DNA of 63,454 bases from Hyphochytrium catenoides (Eukaryota; Protista; Hyphochytriomycota), in the NCBI GenBank assembly GCA_900088475.1, contig FLMG01000373.1, positions 1 to 63,454 on the forward strand, given 5' to 3'. Position numbers and translations under genes: made by a program. The stretch's first letter is position 1. Each line of letters starts with the position of its first letter. Below, one piece after another: positions 39,630-52,523 of the stretch. The notes beneath the pieces are model-generated. The model ran no database searches. It had not been told where the DNA came from and saw only the letters and a list, made by a program, of their open reading frames with translations.

Positions 39630-40430
39630 CTTGGCATGGGTAGCAAGCAGGTGTCAAATTAGTCTTAGACCAATATCCTTCAGTGACGACAATTGTCAGC
39701 AGCACCATTCTGCTCTGTTACCTTTGGGGTGAGGGTCAAAACCCGGAGGGTATTATGACTGGATTGTATAACAGCGAGGCCTAACTCACTCGTGGCTGCT
39801 TCCATGATGAGGGAAGCCAGGGTGTAGAGGAGACCTTCCTCATTCAATGATGAGGCTTCCAAGCCACGCTGTCTGTCAACCTCAGCCATACGGATGAGAA
39901 GCTCTTTCCTGAGACTGACAACTACTTCAAGAAGTAAGTCTTGCTAAACCATTGATGATGAGCTCTGTGGGTGCCGGTTGAGGAGTTTGTGCATAATATT
40001 GTGTCAATGTAGTCGCTTGAGGTAGCACCAGCGATGCCGCTTATTCAAGCCTATTGTTGCTCTTGTCAAGCCTGTCCTTGTCATTTTACTATTGTGCGCA
40101 GTTGAATTCCCGCTTCATAAAGAGAAGAAGCCACCGTGAAGATGCTATACCTGCCCTTTGGAACAGGTCCTTCTCTGTTTCTTGGGTGGCATTGGAAGAG
40201 ATATGAAGAGATATGAAATAGAAACTTCTTGGCGGCTTTGATCCTATCTCTCGCATCATGAAAGCCTCAGCTTCCTCTGGCAACCACGCTGGAAGGACAA
40301 CATGAAGGGAGATGAGGGGAGGAAGGAGCCGACAGCAAGTCCGTGGCAGCCCGGCTTGATAGAGATCGGGTTTGGCATTCTGCCAGGCCGCACGGATGTG
40401 GAAGTCCTATTACAACTCTCAGTCTGTGAG
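39630..40430 (+). pseudogene. Decayed 3' remnant of a CYP-B-like P450 (part of exon 2, intron 2, exon 3)
   Basis: Blocks colinear with CYP-B: tattatgactgg, catgatgaggga, aggcttccaagc, ggatgagaagctctttcctgag, aagtaagt donor, tacctgccctttgga, tcttggcggctttgatcct, aaagcctcagcttc, gggtttggcattctgcca, cggatgtgga. Many indels; the heme motif reads PFGTGPSLFLGWHW, with no Cys. Confidence 0.88.
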
Positions 40431-41762
40431 TACAGCCGATGAAAAGGATGTTAGGAGACCTAAACAAGGAGGACGGTAGCAGCAACCTATGCAAGGAGGA
40501 CGGATGCAACTACTTATTATCCTATAAAACGACTGAGCTCCGCGCTAGAGGCGATTAAGACAGCGAAGACGCGCCAACATTAAGGAGGAGGACAATCAGG
40601 AGCAAGTGGTTTCCGATGGACGGAGATATTATCAGACCAACCGTCTTTCCAAACGTTCGACGTCAGAAGAAACCGATTATGCTGCGAACTAGTTCAAGCC
40701 CTTTATTCAGTGCTACTGGGAGCTATGATGTCGTAGCTATCGGAAATGCAGAGGAGGAAACAGATATATCTAGCAGCTTCACTTCCACTTGTTGGCCATG
40801 CATTATGCTTTTTATTTGGATCTCTCTGTCCCCCGCTCCATAATGATGTCAAGGTCCTCGTCTGGCCACTTCTTCCTCCTCTGTTGTTACTACGTTATGC
40901 CATTGCTTTCCTTTCCTAGGGAGGAGGTAGATATAATGCTCATCAGCAGCATCGTGGGCCCTGCTTCCTGAGTTCCTACCCTTCGTCTGTTTTCCCTTTC
41001 CATTCTTGATTTCTCTTCTTCTTTTGCTTGTGCTGACGGGGATGATGAGGGCGATGATGGTGATACTAAAAGTGCATCCGTTCTTTCTCTTCGCTGTGAG
41101 GAGCCTTCAAACGCCAGAGTGCTAATCGAGCGGCCCCTCACGAGCGAGGACGAAGCACCAGCAGCTGGAGCTTGAAGAGTAATCTGCATTGACACTCAAC
41201 GAAGATTGACGAGGAATTATCATAAATTTCCTTTTGTAGGTGACTGGTGCTTCTATTCTATGGGTGGTGCGGCGGCCTCCTGGGAGGTTGCCTTGACACC
41301 GCCCCCTTGGGCAGTCCTGCCCCTTCGAAATATATAAATAAAACAGACGGCAGGAGCACGCAGGAAGCACTACTACTAACCAAGAGGGACGGGAAAGGTG
41401 ACAAAGGGTGTTGGGGGGAAAGGAGGGGGGGACTCCAGAAGGCGGGAGGGGTAGGGAGAGGTTATTCACCTTGCAGTACCGTTTTGCACAGACACCCAGG
41501 AGGTATGCAAGAGAACTGTGGTAATCTTATCTCTAGTTATCAAAGATTGTATGGCGAGATAATCGATGGCGGTCATGAGATGGGAGAAGTCGTTACAGAG
41601 TCATCTCTCTAAACGGCTGAGCGGCTGGTTGTTGCTGGTGGGAACAAGATGGTCTCGTTCATCCCGCTCCGTTGTTGCATACCCTGCTGCCTCTGATGAT
41701 TCCTGGTGTCTAGCTCCGCCTCTCCCTTCCCCGCTCTTCACCAGCTGCCATCGTGTGTTCCC

Positions 41763-41794
<32 letters not shown>

Positions 41795-42679
41795 ATGTCT
41801 CTCTCTCCTCTCTCTCTCTTTCTTTTTCTCCCTCCATCTCTCTCTCTATATCTGTGTCTGTCCTTCTCGCTCTCATCAGTCTCTTCTGTCTTGCGTTATT
41901 ATTCTCTTCCCATCACCATTCACCAAAGTGTCTCTATCACTCCTTCTTGATTGAGGCCAGTAGGCGGCTCCCACCCCTGTTCCGACAGAGCCGTTCTCTT
42001 CTCTGTCCTCCTGCCAATGGTTTGCATACCTCTTCACCATCCTGTCCAGCGTCAACTTTTTATCTTTGCTCTTCTCTCTCCTTCTTCTTCGCTCTGGCGG
42101 CTCCTTGTATAATTCATCGTTCTTTCATCCTTCCCATTTATGATTTGAAGACGGATACCGCCGTAGGGCTAGCAACGCCAGAAGAGAATAGGTTCCTTGT
42201 ACCCCCTCTTCATCTTGTCTCGTCAGAAGCCCAACATTGCAGAACATCTTTCCTTGACAGATAATAAACTCTACATCGCTCCCACTAACGATGTAGAGAC
42301 AGTTGCTACCTGTTAAGTCCTTGTTGGTGGTGAAAAGAAGTAGTCTTCATGGACCGGCCTTCCTCTTGCTCTACAGGTTCCAATGGTCAACATGTGACAA
42401 CATCATCGTTGTTTGCCCCTTAGACCGGGAGCAGCTAAGCTGGCGAGTGAGCTACATCCTCTAGAAGGAAGGAGGAGATGGATATCTGCGCGGAGATGAA
42501 GGAAGTGTATAAAGGGTTAACGTCAGCACACTAGCTGCCTCCAAACCAACCGGCAGTAAAAGACGCGATGCAACGGAAAGCTGTGTAGTAACATTTCGAT
42601 AGTAGATAGCCCGTGTTTGCCTTATAGCTAGTCCTGCTGGGTGGTTCCAACGGAATAGTGAGGTCCAACGAGAGAAGCC

Positions 42680-44930
42680 ATGAAGGGTCGGTATTGGAAG
42701 CTGACCCCAACTCCTGATTACCTTCCCGAAGTGCTCCTTTCCTGGGAGACAATGATCACCACCTGCTTTCCGTCGAAAGTCACTAAGCTGTACTTGAGGA
42801 GGTTAAGGGGAACTATAGCTTGTGGTGTGACAATCAACCTTTCCCTGATTGTGGGAATGATTGGACTTGGGTGGACCATGGCCGACTCTGGTGCAGCTAA
42901 AAGCGATGTCACTTCGACGGTGTTTGCATGCATTGGTGCCATTGCTCTCTGCTTAAACACTTTAAGTTTCATCCCAGAGCTTCATGTTCAACTATTTCGA
43001 AAGCTGTTCACTCAGTTTGAGGGATGGTACTTCCTATATCAGTGTGCTCCCGCAATAGCACTCTTGGGGTATGTCAATATTCAGCGAGGCCAATATGCTA
43101 GGGCACTAGCATTCGCTGCTGGTCTAGTGGATGCTGGATTATCTCCTCTCTTCTGGGAAACCATGCCTCAAATTGGAGGTTGGAAAAGCCTTCTCACTCT
43201 TCCTCTTCTGTTTAGCGGGTGCCTGATGGGTTTCGTTACGATGCTGTGGTGAGTCAATGTCCCTTCTTACGCCGACGCTCTCTAGCTCATCTGACCAGAT
43301 TCTCTTATTATTACCCATGTCAGTATGGCATGGATGCTTTACTCAGAGGCGTACGAGGGCCTGCAAGACACGGAGATAACGTTCTTTCAGGTTCCCATTC
43401 GGCCCTGGCTCGTGGCCGCCGACTCCTTGGTTGTCCTGGCTGTGCTTCACATTCAGATCTTTGTAAGGCAAGCAATGGCCAAGTCCAGGCGGAGAGCTCG
43501 TGATGGACAGTTACGCTTCTGCAGCATAAAGTGGCCCTTGCTTCTTGAAGAGGATGAACATCAGAGCATCTTTAAAGAAGAGCAGGCTGCTGTTGGACTT
43601 CGCCCAGGCAATGTTGTCCCAGTTCATCCGCAGTTAGCAGCCAATGGGAAGGGCTTACTAGGAGGAGGACTCATTCAGGTGAAACAAACCAAAGCAAAGA
43701 CCAAAGAACAGAGGTCAGTCTTCTCCTTTTCAGAACCGCATGTGAGTGAGTTTTGGCTGCTCACAGCAGTGGTGCGGGGGGGAACGCGCCTCACATATGG
43801 GGAAGGTGATTGATCATCAACCTCTACCCTCCCTGACGGTTGATTTGTCCTGATTCTTCCTTTCACAGCAACCAAAGAGTTAAAGGAGCGCGCAAGGTGT
43901 ACCTGGTCTACCCTGCACACACCTTGGTCTATCTTGACGCTTATGAAGACGTCCTTCACCGCTTGACGCGAGTTCTCTGGCGAACTCTGGGAAAGTCGCT
44001 CACCTACATCCAGTGGCCCGTAATAAGGAAAGCTCCTGGTGTCGTAAGTGACCGTCCTGAAGAAGGTAAGGATGAGGCACGAGCCCCAGCAGGTGTGCCA
44101 CGGCTCCTAGGGCTGGAGCCCGCGCTAGCAGGAGTAGCGTTGCTATGTATTGTTATTCAAGCTTTATGCGCGGGCATACAAGGACCAGACAGCCCTGGGA
44201 TAAGCTTGTCTTTCACGGTCAGCTGCGCATCCAACCTGCTCTTGATCTCTAGAGCACATCCTGGCCTACTATTCAAGCTGCTAAAGTCCTTCGACTTTAT
44301 TGTCCTGGTCTTCTCCCTCTTAGAATACGTGTTCTTCTCAGCTCTACTGTTTGAAGCAGATAACAGGTCAGTATGGCTGCTAGATGATGGATCGGAGCCT
44401 TTTGAGTCTTTACAGCCGTTGTTCTGACAGTTTGGAATCCTCCTCCTCCGTCTAGGACGCTGATCGTGCTCTCCTTGGCCTTGACCATAACATCATCCTT
44501 CATCCTGCAAGACGCTGTCCTGGTCCACATAGTTGGAAAAAGACGCCAGTATTGGCTGGGAATCCAGCTCCTGTTGCTGTTGTTGCTCCAGACACTATGT
44601 GGCTTCTATCTCTTGTTCTTCGTCCCGAAAGAAGAGTCAGCTTCTACTACGCACCAGAATTCTACCACGCAAAGCATACTCTCGCTCATGACAAGATCTC
44701 CTCTTAGCTTGGTTCTCGATGCGCTGGTAACCATCGCCATATACACGGGAAGGAGCCTCTTCACTCTATTACGGCAGCCCAACCAGCTCGTAGCTATTTG
44801 CTCACCTATCGCCTACGAGTTCCAGTTCATCCCTCCGAATGAGGTCTCGGCGCTAATGGACAAGCTAAGAGTTAGCGCCCCTAGTAAAGACCAACACCGC
44901 AAGATTGTGGTCCAAGCGCAGTCATTATAA
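42680..44930 (+). CDS. T7: multi-TM family paralogue, ~643 aa (exons 42680-43248, 43324-43713, 43869-44366, 44456-44930)
   Basis: Spliced frame of 1932 nt. Motifs RYWKLTPTPDY, PELH, QFEGWYF, PWLVAADSLVV, IKWPL, KVYLVYP, GLE, RAHP, SFDF, DNR, QD, RSPLSLVLDAL. Confidence 0.9.
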
Positions 44931-46802
44931 TGATTGTGTTTGCCTTGTTGCCCGCCATTAGGGTGATATAAGAGGTCCATGGTGTCTGATGCCCTGAGGA
45001 CTTCAGCGTAGTAGTACCTCCTAACAGTCACTGTCATGGGACAATGAGGACAAATCCTATTTGTGCCTAGAGAATAGAGAAGCGGGGAAATGCATATGCT
45101 ACTAGGAAGAATGTCCCTTCTTCCCTATATGTTGAAAGGGAACAAAGATGACCGGCACGAAGTGTAGAAGAAGAGGTGCGAAGTAGTCGTGCGATCGCTG
45201 ACGATAAATGGAGGCGTTTCCCACCAGAAGCCCTTACATCAGGTCTCACAGGCTTTCGCGCTTCTTATGAAAAGACAGATTCAGCCTAAGCTGCTGCGGT
45301 CGGCGCTACTTCTAATATCATTGCAACTAGCTTCGGAGATCCTCTCCCCCTCCCAAGATCTCTACTACCATCTCTTCATTGGAAGAGAGTAAGGGGAGCA
45401 GCGGTCCCATCAGAAGATAATCCTGCCTTTCCCAAGAGAGAAGATGTCACTTCTTCGTATTCAGAGACTTCGTCGTCATTCGTTTCCATCGGTTAGGTCG
45501 GACACCACCCTTCGGTGATGGCGCGGCTCTCCTAATCGGGGAGGGAATCACTGTTGCTCGTCCTTTTCACGTCCGCGCTGCTGCTTCACCTTGTTCCGAT
45601 GGCTAAGTAGTTCTATTTGAAGTCTACTACTCGGACTTCATGATGAGAGCGGTCGAAGCAGGTCTGGCGAATAGGACAGCACCACCGATGACAAACGATA
45701 AATCCTGAGCTGGTTTCTAGAGTCCCTCCTTCTCACACACTAATTATCCGGTCATTTCCATCGAACTGTGTTCGGACATCATCATGATGGGCCCAGTAAA
45801 AGTAAAGCTCTCATCATCGGCATAGTCCAGCGGTGAGACTGGCTCTTCGAACGACATGCTAGACGAAGAAAGGAGGGATCCTTAGTAGTGGTAGAGACTC
45901 TTCGTAAGGCAGGAGGGGAGCTGATGATAATTTTATGCGCATCGTCGACGCTGAATAAAATATCCTCTCTACTATGGATCTCAAGGTCCGGCCGGCGTAA
46001 GAAGACGAAGAAGATAGAGACGTCCACCGCCAAACCTCTGCAGTGAAGAAGGAGAAGACAGAGCTTCATCTTGTACTATTCATGGCGTGAAGCGTTCTAC
46101 TAGACGGCTGCGAAGAGCTCTGCATTCTAGCCCCATCCTTCCATCGACTCCTCCCTGCTACTGATCCCTGGTCCCCGCGCGCCGAGCGCATTATTGTCTG
46201 GTAATAAAATCACCGAAGAGAGGTTCGTCATCTTGCTCTGAAGTTATCATTCAAGGTCCTTAGTATCTCCTTCCATCGTAAAGAAAGCGCCTCGCTATCG
46301 TGATGTCACCGCTCTCTCCTCTCCTCTCCTGCATCGTCGTGGATCTTTGCGGTGGAGATCAGCTGCACCAGCAGATCTACCACAAACCATTGAAAAAGAG
46401 ACTTTCCTAGAGTTGTACGAAAGAACTTTTGCGCCTGAATGAGACAGGGCTGCCTATTCTTGTCGTATAATTCAAGGCAAGAGGTGTTTACTACGGTATT
46501 ACTTTAGGTAGCCCCAAATCCTAGCTGTAATCCCTAACCTTTACCTCAGTTGCCAGACTGTTAATAACCTACTATAGTCGCTTTACTGACGGCGCAGTGA
46601 CAGGTGATGAGAACAAGCCGTTTCATGAGCTGAAAGAAAAACGAAGGTGCGACTTCCTTTGTCTCCTGCTTGTCCGTTACCGAGGTTCCCTCTCCATGAT
46701 AGCACTCAAGGAAACGATGAGAAAAGAGGAGAGAAAGAGCCCAGATCCTCCTTCTTCCAGCTTTCTGCTGGAGCAAACAGGAAACAACAACGGGGCCTTG
46801 TT

Positions 46803-46834
<32 letters not shown>

Positions 46835-46948
46835 TCTCGCCCTCTCTCTCTTTCTCTCTCTCTCTCCTTAGCGTTGTCATCATAGTCCCGCCTGCCAGCT
46901 GTCCGTCTGAGAGAGGCAGCCGCAGAGGGAAGGAGTCAAACAGGAAGT

Positions 46949-47252
46949 GAAGGGCTAAAGGTGATCTGAGGAATAGAAGAGAGAGAAAGGAAAAAGAGGA
47001 AAAGAGAGGGGAGGAAAGAGACCTGCAGCTAGGTCCAGAAGTCGAAGCTTGCCCTTCCTCTCCCTTTTTCTCCTTCCTTCTGTCGCAGAGAGGAGGAGGA
47101 CGAGTCAAAAAGGAAGGGAAGGGCTAAAGGTGATCTGAGGAATAGAAGAGAGAGAAAGGAAAAGAGGAAAAGAGAGGGGAGGAGAGAGACCTGCAGCTAG
47201 GTCCAGAAGTCAAGTTTGCCCTTCCTCTCCCTTTTTCTCCTTCCTTCTGTCG
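46949..47252 (+). repeat. ~135-bp near-perfect direct duplication upstream of T8 (46949-47085, 47118-47252)
   Basis: gaagggctaaaggtgatctgagg...ttccttctgtcg occurs twice. A single diverged inverted homologue lies at ~39150-39270, upstream of T6. Confidence 0.9.
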
Positions 47253-47730
47253 ACATAATAGAACAATGCTGACACTCCGCTCCTGACTCTCTTTGTGCTT
47301 GTGACGGTTAGACCCTTCTTCCTGCCAACACTGCTGGTGCTGCTAAATGTACTAAAGACAGTCTAATAATGTAACACCATCATCATTAGCCTGGCTGGAA
47401 GTGCCGCTATCCCTTGCGCCCGTCGCTTATGTATTAGTCACAAGCAGTTAGCGGGGACCAAGGCAGTCCATTCACTACTTTTTTGAGCTTCTCCTCTGTT
47501 ATCCTCCATTCGTTCTGCTCCCTTTCTTCTGTCGTGGCTGGCTTAGGAGGGCCGGTGGTATAAGGCGAGACTAACTCTTCTTAGAAGAGAGAAGAGAGAG
47601 CAAAGAGAGCAACTACTATAGGCCACTTGTCTCTTCTTCGGCCGGCCTAGCAGCATTGCCCTTCTCTTTTCCTTGATGAGCTCGAACAGTGACGTCCTTG
47701 GTTGTTTGACTTCACAGATCGCTGGATACG

Positions 47731-50663
47731 ATGATGGAAGGACCACGGGGGAGTTTGCTGATCAGGGAGGAACAGACGGGATCTACCAGTGCTTCATCTT
47801 CCCCTCCTTCGCCGTCTCCCCCTGCTGTTGATCTTCACGGCTCTCCTGCTAGCACCACAGCTTGTCGTCCCTCTTCTGACCCTGCTGCGCCTCATAATGT
47901 CCTAGAGCCTGGTCGGTACTGGGTCATCAAGCCTCAGCCTGACTACATCCCAGATATTTTGGACTCCAGAATCACTCTGTCGCGCGTCTTGTTTCCCTCA
48001 GCGATGCAGAAGTTTTACTATCGACTTCGCCGTAACGTCCTCTATCTCATCCTCTGCTGTGGCGTGACTATGCTTACCACCGCCATCGGGTTCCTCTATC
48101 TCTTAGAAGTTAGAAGTAAGCATGGGGATGAACCCTCTTCGTCGGTAGGATACGCCGTGACCGTCGTGTCCGTAGTCTACGGCTCCACGCTGATCCCAGA
48201 AATCCATGCAGAGCTGCTTAAAGCGCTGTGTCGTCAGTTTGAGCTCGGTTTCTATATCCTGCAGACGTTGCCTGCGCTTGGTGTCTGTGCGTTCCACTTC
48301 TCTTTCACTGGACAGCAGTCCAGAGCTTCTGCCACGGTTCTCGGCTTGCAGTTGATTGTCCTGGTCCCAATGATCATTGACACCTTAGTCCTCGGAGGCC
48401 TCTCGAAGTCCATGACGCGCTATACATTTGTCGGTATCTCGCTCTGCGTGGCAATGCTCTCCCGGTCAGTGCCTTCCTAGGAGTCCTCTCATCACAGGCT
48501 TATCTCTTCTACCTTATCTCTCCTTCTTCTTCTTGGAGAAGATGTCCTGTCAAAACTCCTGTTATCTTTGTGATACCCTATCCTTGCGGTTTTCCCCCCT
48601 TCTCCAGCTCTTCAAGGTCTCCCTTCCGTAAGATCGTACTAAATCCTTGTTGGCCATATACAGCGTCTTAACCTTGTCAACATTGACTTGGCCTTCTTCG
48701 TCCTTCTCTCCTTAGAATAGTCTGGATATTCTATTTCCAGCCTTACGAGGGGATAGAAGCGATGGAGATTGTTATATCTCAGGTTCCCGTCCGGCCATGG
48801 CTCATCGCGGCAGACTCTTTGGTGGTCGTCGTGCTTCTCTGTCTGCAGCAGCTGAATAAGCTTCTGGCCAAGCTGAGGCGCCCCAAGAGCCTGAAAGGGA
48901 CCAGTGACTTTCTAAACATCAAATGCCCGCTAGTTATAGAGTCTGTCTCTTCATTGCTGCCCACAGCCTCTTCACTCTTCAGTGCAATCGATGGTGCAGA
49001 AAGCTTGGCAAAAAAGGAGGAGACAGCAACAAGCACTTCGTCACCCGTGAAGAGAGAAGCTAGCCAGAGGAAGGTGACCGACCAAGGGACAATGCAACCA
49101 GCTAAGGCGGAGAATGTGCCCTCAGCCGCTGCTGACAGGAGGGAGGAGAAGCAGCAGAGGGCTCTGGACCTTAGCCATGCTAGGGAAGGTGCTCACCTTA
49201 TCGATACGCTGAAGAAGGCGCAAGACGGTCCCAGGTACTAACTGCAAGCTATCCGACAGAAAGTGCAAGAGGAGGTCAGGAAAGAAAAGGAGAGAAAAGC
49301 AGTGAGAGAAGATAGCAGACAGAATCAATGAACGACGCAGTGTCTTCTTAGCTCTTAGATATGCCTAGTACGTCTGATTGGCTTACTGGTTCGTCTCCCC
49401 GACGAGCAGGAAGAAAACAGTGCGAGTGTACAAGCTACGAGCTGTGCAGAAGCCCATCCTCATCGATTCACACGAGGATTGCCTTCATCTTGGGCTCAAG
49501 AAGCTTCACGCCTTTCTCAGTGGGGAGGACAACAGGAAAGGCGGCGTAAGGAAGCTGAGAATCCGGCCATCACGGCCTTTTCTCTTAGCAGATGCGGCTC
49601 ATGAGCAAAGGCGAGAAGAAGAGGAGAAGAAAAAGAAGAGAGCTCACAATGTGCTTGTAGGCAAAGAGCCTCTTCTCTCTCTGGCACCACTGACCGGGAT
49701 CCTGCTGCAGATGCTAATGATAGAGCTCGGCGTCTCTCCCACTTCCGAAGTTGTGCTCTGTGCCTTCACCTGCTTGACAAACACGCTTCTGTTATGTCGC
49801 TGTCACCCGATGCTCGTCAGGAAACTGCTGCGGTCTTTCGACTTTGCCCTTATTTTCTTCTCCATCCTGCAGTTCTTTGTCTTCTCCTGCCTGCTCTTCC
49901 GCTGGGACGAAAGGTAAAACAAGCTTTCACTCCTTCTTTCTCTTTGCGCTGGCCCATAGGTGGGGTGGGATAGAGTTCTCCATGAAAGTTCTTTCTACTG
50001 ATATAGCTCTTTGAGGTCTAGGCTACTATCTTCCTACTTTTACTTCTAACATCGTCTCTTATGATCTCATTCTGTCTCTTTCTCCTTTCTCTCTCTCTTT
50101 CTTTCTTTTCTCTCTCTTTGGTCTGTCATCGGCCTCTCCGTCGTATCTATAAACTCACGCCTGTCTCACATTCTTCTTCTTCTCTCCCGCATTTACGTGC
50201 TCTCTTCCATGACCTGCTGTGCACAACCACCAGGACGCTCGTAGTTGGCTCTACCTGTGTCACCGTCGTCAGTTCTCTCATCATGCAGGACGCGATCATG
50301 ATGACTCCTCAGAAGCGCCGCCAATGGCTAATCCCTCACTTCTCAATCTTACTCTTTGGTGAAGTCTGCTGTGCAGTTTACTTAGTCTTCCGCCCGTTGG
50401 AGGACGTCAGCAGCGATCTACTATTAGGAGAAGCAGCTAAATCTTTCTTCACTCGGTCACCTCTCTCTATGGCTTTAGACGGTCTTGCCACCATCGTAGT
50501 CTACACTGTCCGGAGCCTCTCTAGCATTGCTTATAACGCGGACATGCTTGTCGCCGGCCTCTCACGCATAGAGTGTCAGGTTATCAACCTAACGGCAGAG
50601 GAGCTCATGGCTGAACTAGAAAACCGCAAAGCAGCAAAAAAGAAGGACCTTGGGGCTAGTTGA
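47731..50663 (+). CDS. T8: multi-TM family paralogue, ~728 aa (exons 47731-48464, 48716-49234, 49410-49913, 50234-50663)
   Basis: Spliced frame of 2187 nt; closely similar to T6 throughout (e.g. IECQVINLTAEELMAELENRKAAKKKD is identical). Confidence 0.9.
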
Positions 50664-51136
50664 CTGCTCAGTCCCAGAACGAGGAGAAGAGACAACTAAG
50701 GGAGAGAAAAGCGAGAGGAGCTGTTTGACAAGGGGATCCACATCCTCTGCTGCCTCAAGGTTTCATGTGCAAAATACGAGGGCAGAAGACGACCCAGAAA
50801 GAGGAAAGAAAGTCCACGTTGCCATGATGACTCATGCTGCTCTTTGCTTATAAATAGCATGAGAAGAAGAAGGAACCCTCTGTTGGGTCAGCTGTGGGAA
50901 GGGGAGGAAGAATAAGAAAGAGAACGACGAAGAATGGAGTGGTGCTGGGGACTAAGGCTAGTGAAAGAAGGGAAGACGAGAAGGGGACTCCTCCTTTGCA
51001 TCCCGCTCCCTCTTCTTCTCTTCGGCATCCTATTCCAAAAAAGTAGATCACTGTGGCTGGGCTAACCCTGCCCTTCTCACTGTCCGATTAGCGGGCTGTG
51101 CATCTCATATCCTCTAAGTCATCAGCTGTTTCTCAA

Positions 51137-52474
51137 CTATTGCGTTGAACTCCCGTCTTCCCAAGGATGTGGACTCTTCTTCTTCATTGTCGGTGGAGAG
51201 AGAGACGAAGCAGGGAGATTGAGAGAGGGAGGAGGCTCCAGGGTTTCGACCTTGTACTCTATCCGAGAGAGAGTCATCACCAGTAGGTGCGGCTGCCTGG
51301 CGATAGATAACAGACTTCTCAATGTATAGACCATCACAGTCAGAAGCGCGTCCAGCGCGAGACTAAGGGGAGAACGATTAAGGACAGACAGAGTACCACC
51401 GAAGAGGATCACTCCTTCGGAGGGAAGGAGCACGAGGTACACGCCTAAGAGCACCTGGGTAAGAACAAGAGAGGAGAGAACCGGGACAAGACAGCGACGT
51501 CGTCTGCTTGGCGGCATGAGCATGGAGTCTTGAGGGAGAAGCACCGCCAGCACCGTCATGGCCAGTGAAAGGGGCACCAAAATCCTGAGAGAAAAGAGAC
51601 GAGAGAGAAGAGAGAGCTTCACAATTCAGAAGAGCAGAAGATGGTGCGGATCCCGCGAAGAGAGACGAAGAGGAAGAGGAAGAGGAGAGACGGGAGGGTG
51701 CAAATGGCAAAGAGAGAGACCGAGTAGAGGGAGAAAATAGGGAAACCAAGGGACGAGACCCGAGAGGCATAACTATAGAGAGAAACGACCGGCTCACTCT
51801 TTCCTCAGGTTGGCCTCTTACCTAAGATCCCACTCCAAGAGGACGCAAGAGAAGAGAAGAAACTCCATAAGGTTGAACAGAAGAAGGGCAAAGTCAAAGG
51901 TTCCGAGAACTTTCATCAGGAGAGCAGGCTGGCAGCGGAGGAGGAGAAGACAGCTTGGACAGAAAGAGAAGAAGAAGAGGAAAGCCAAGAGATAGCCCAG
52001 AAGTTGCTCTTCTTCTTTCCCTCTCGTTCCCGCTCCTCCGTCAACCTTGTCAACCACCAACATGAGCAGGATCTGTGCGACAAGACCCAGGAGAGAGAAG
52101 AGAAAGAGAACTGACTCTTTTCCAACGACACAAGCAACCCACCAGCTTCTCTCTCCTTCCTCTCTTTTCCTGGCAGGATAACCCGCCATGTAGCATGGTT
52201 CAAGGGGATGAGAGAGAGAAGGCGAGATGAGAACCTTCTTGAATGCTGAGAAGCGGAAGAGGAAGTGCTCGAAGAGGAAAGAGAGAGAGAGAAAGACGTC
52301 CTCATGTGTATCAATATAGAAAGGCTCCTGCAGGGGTCTCAGCCGGTAAATCCTGTTATCTCTGTTGCGTCTGCTATAGTATTAGAGGAGAAGAAAATTT
52401 CATCGTCAGACTTCGTGCAGCTTGTCTTTTTCTCTCTCTCTCTCACTCTCTCTCTGTCTCTCTCTGTCTCTCTC

Positions 52475-52523
<49 letters not shown>

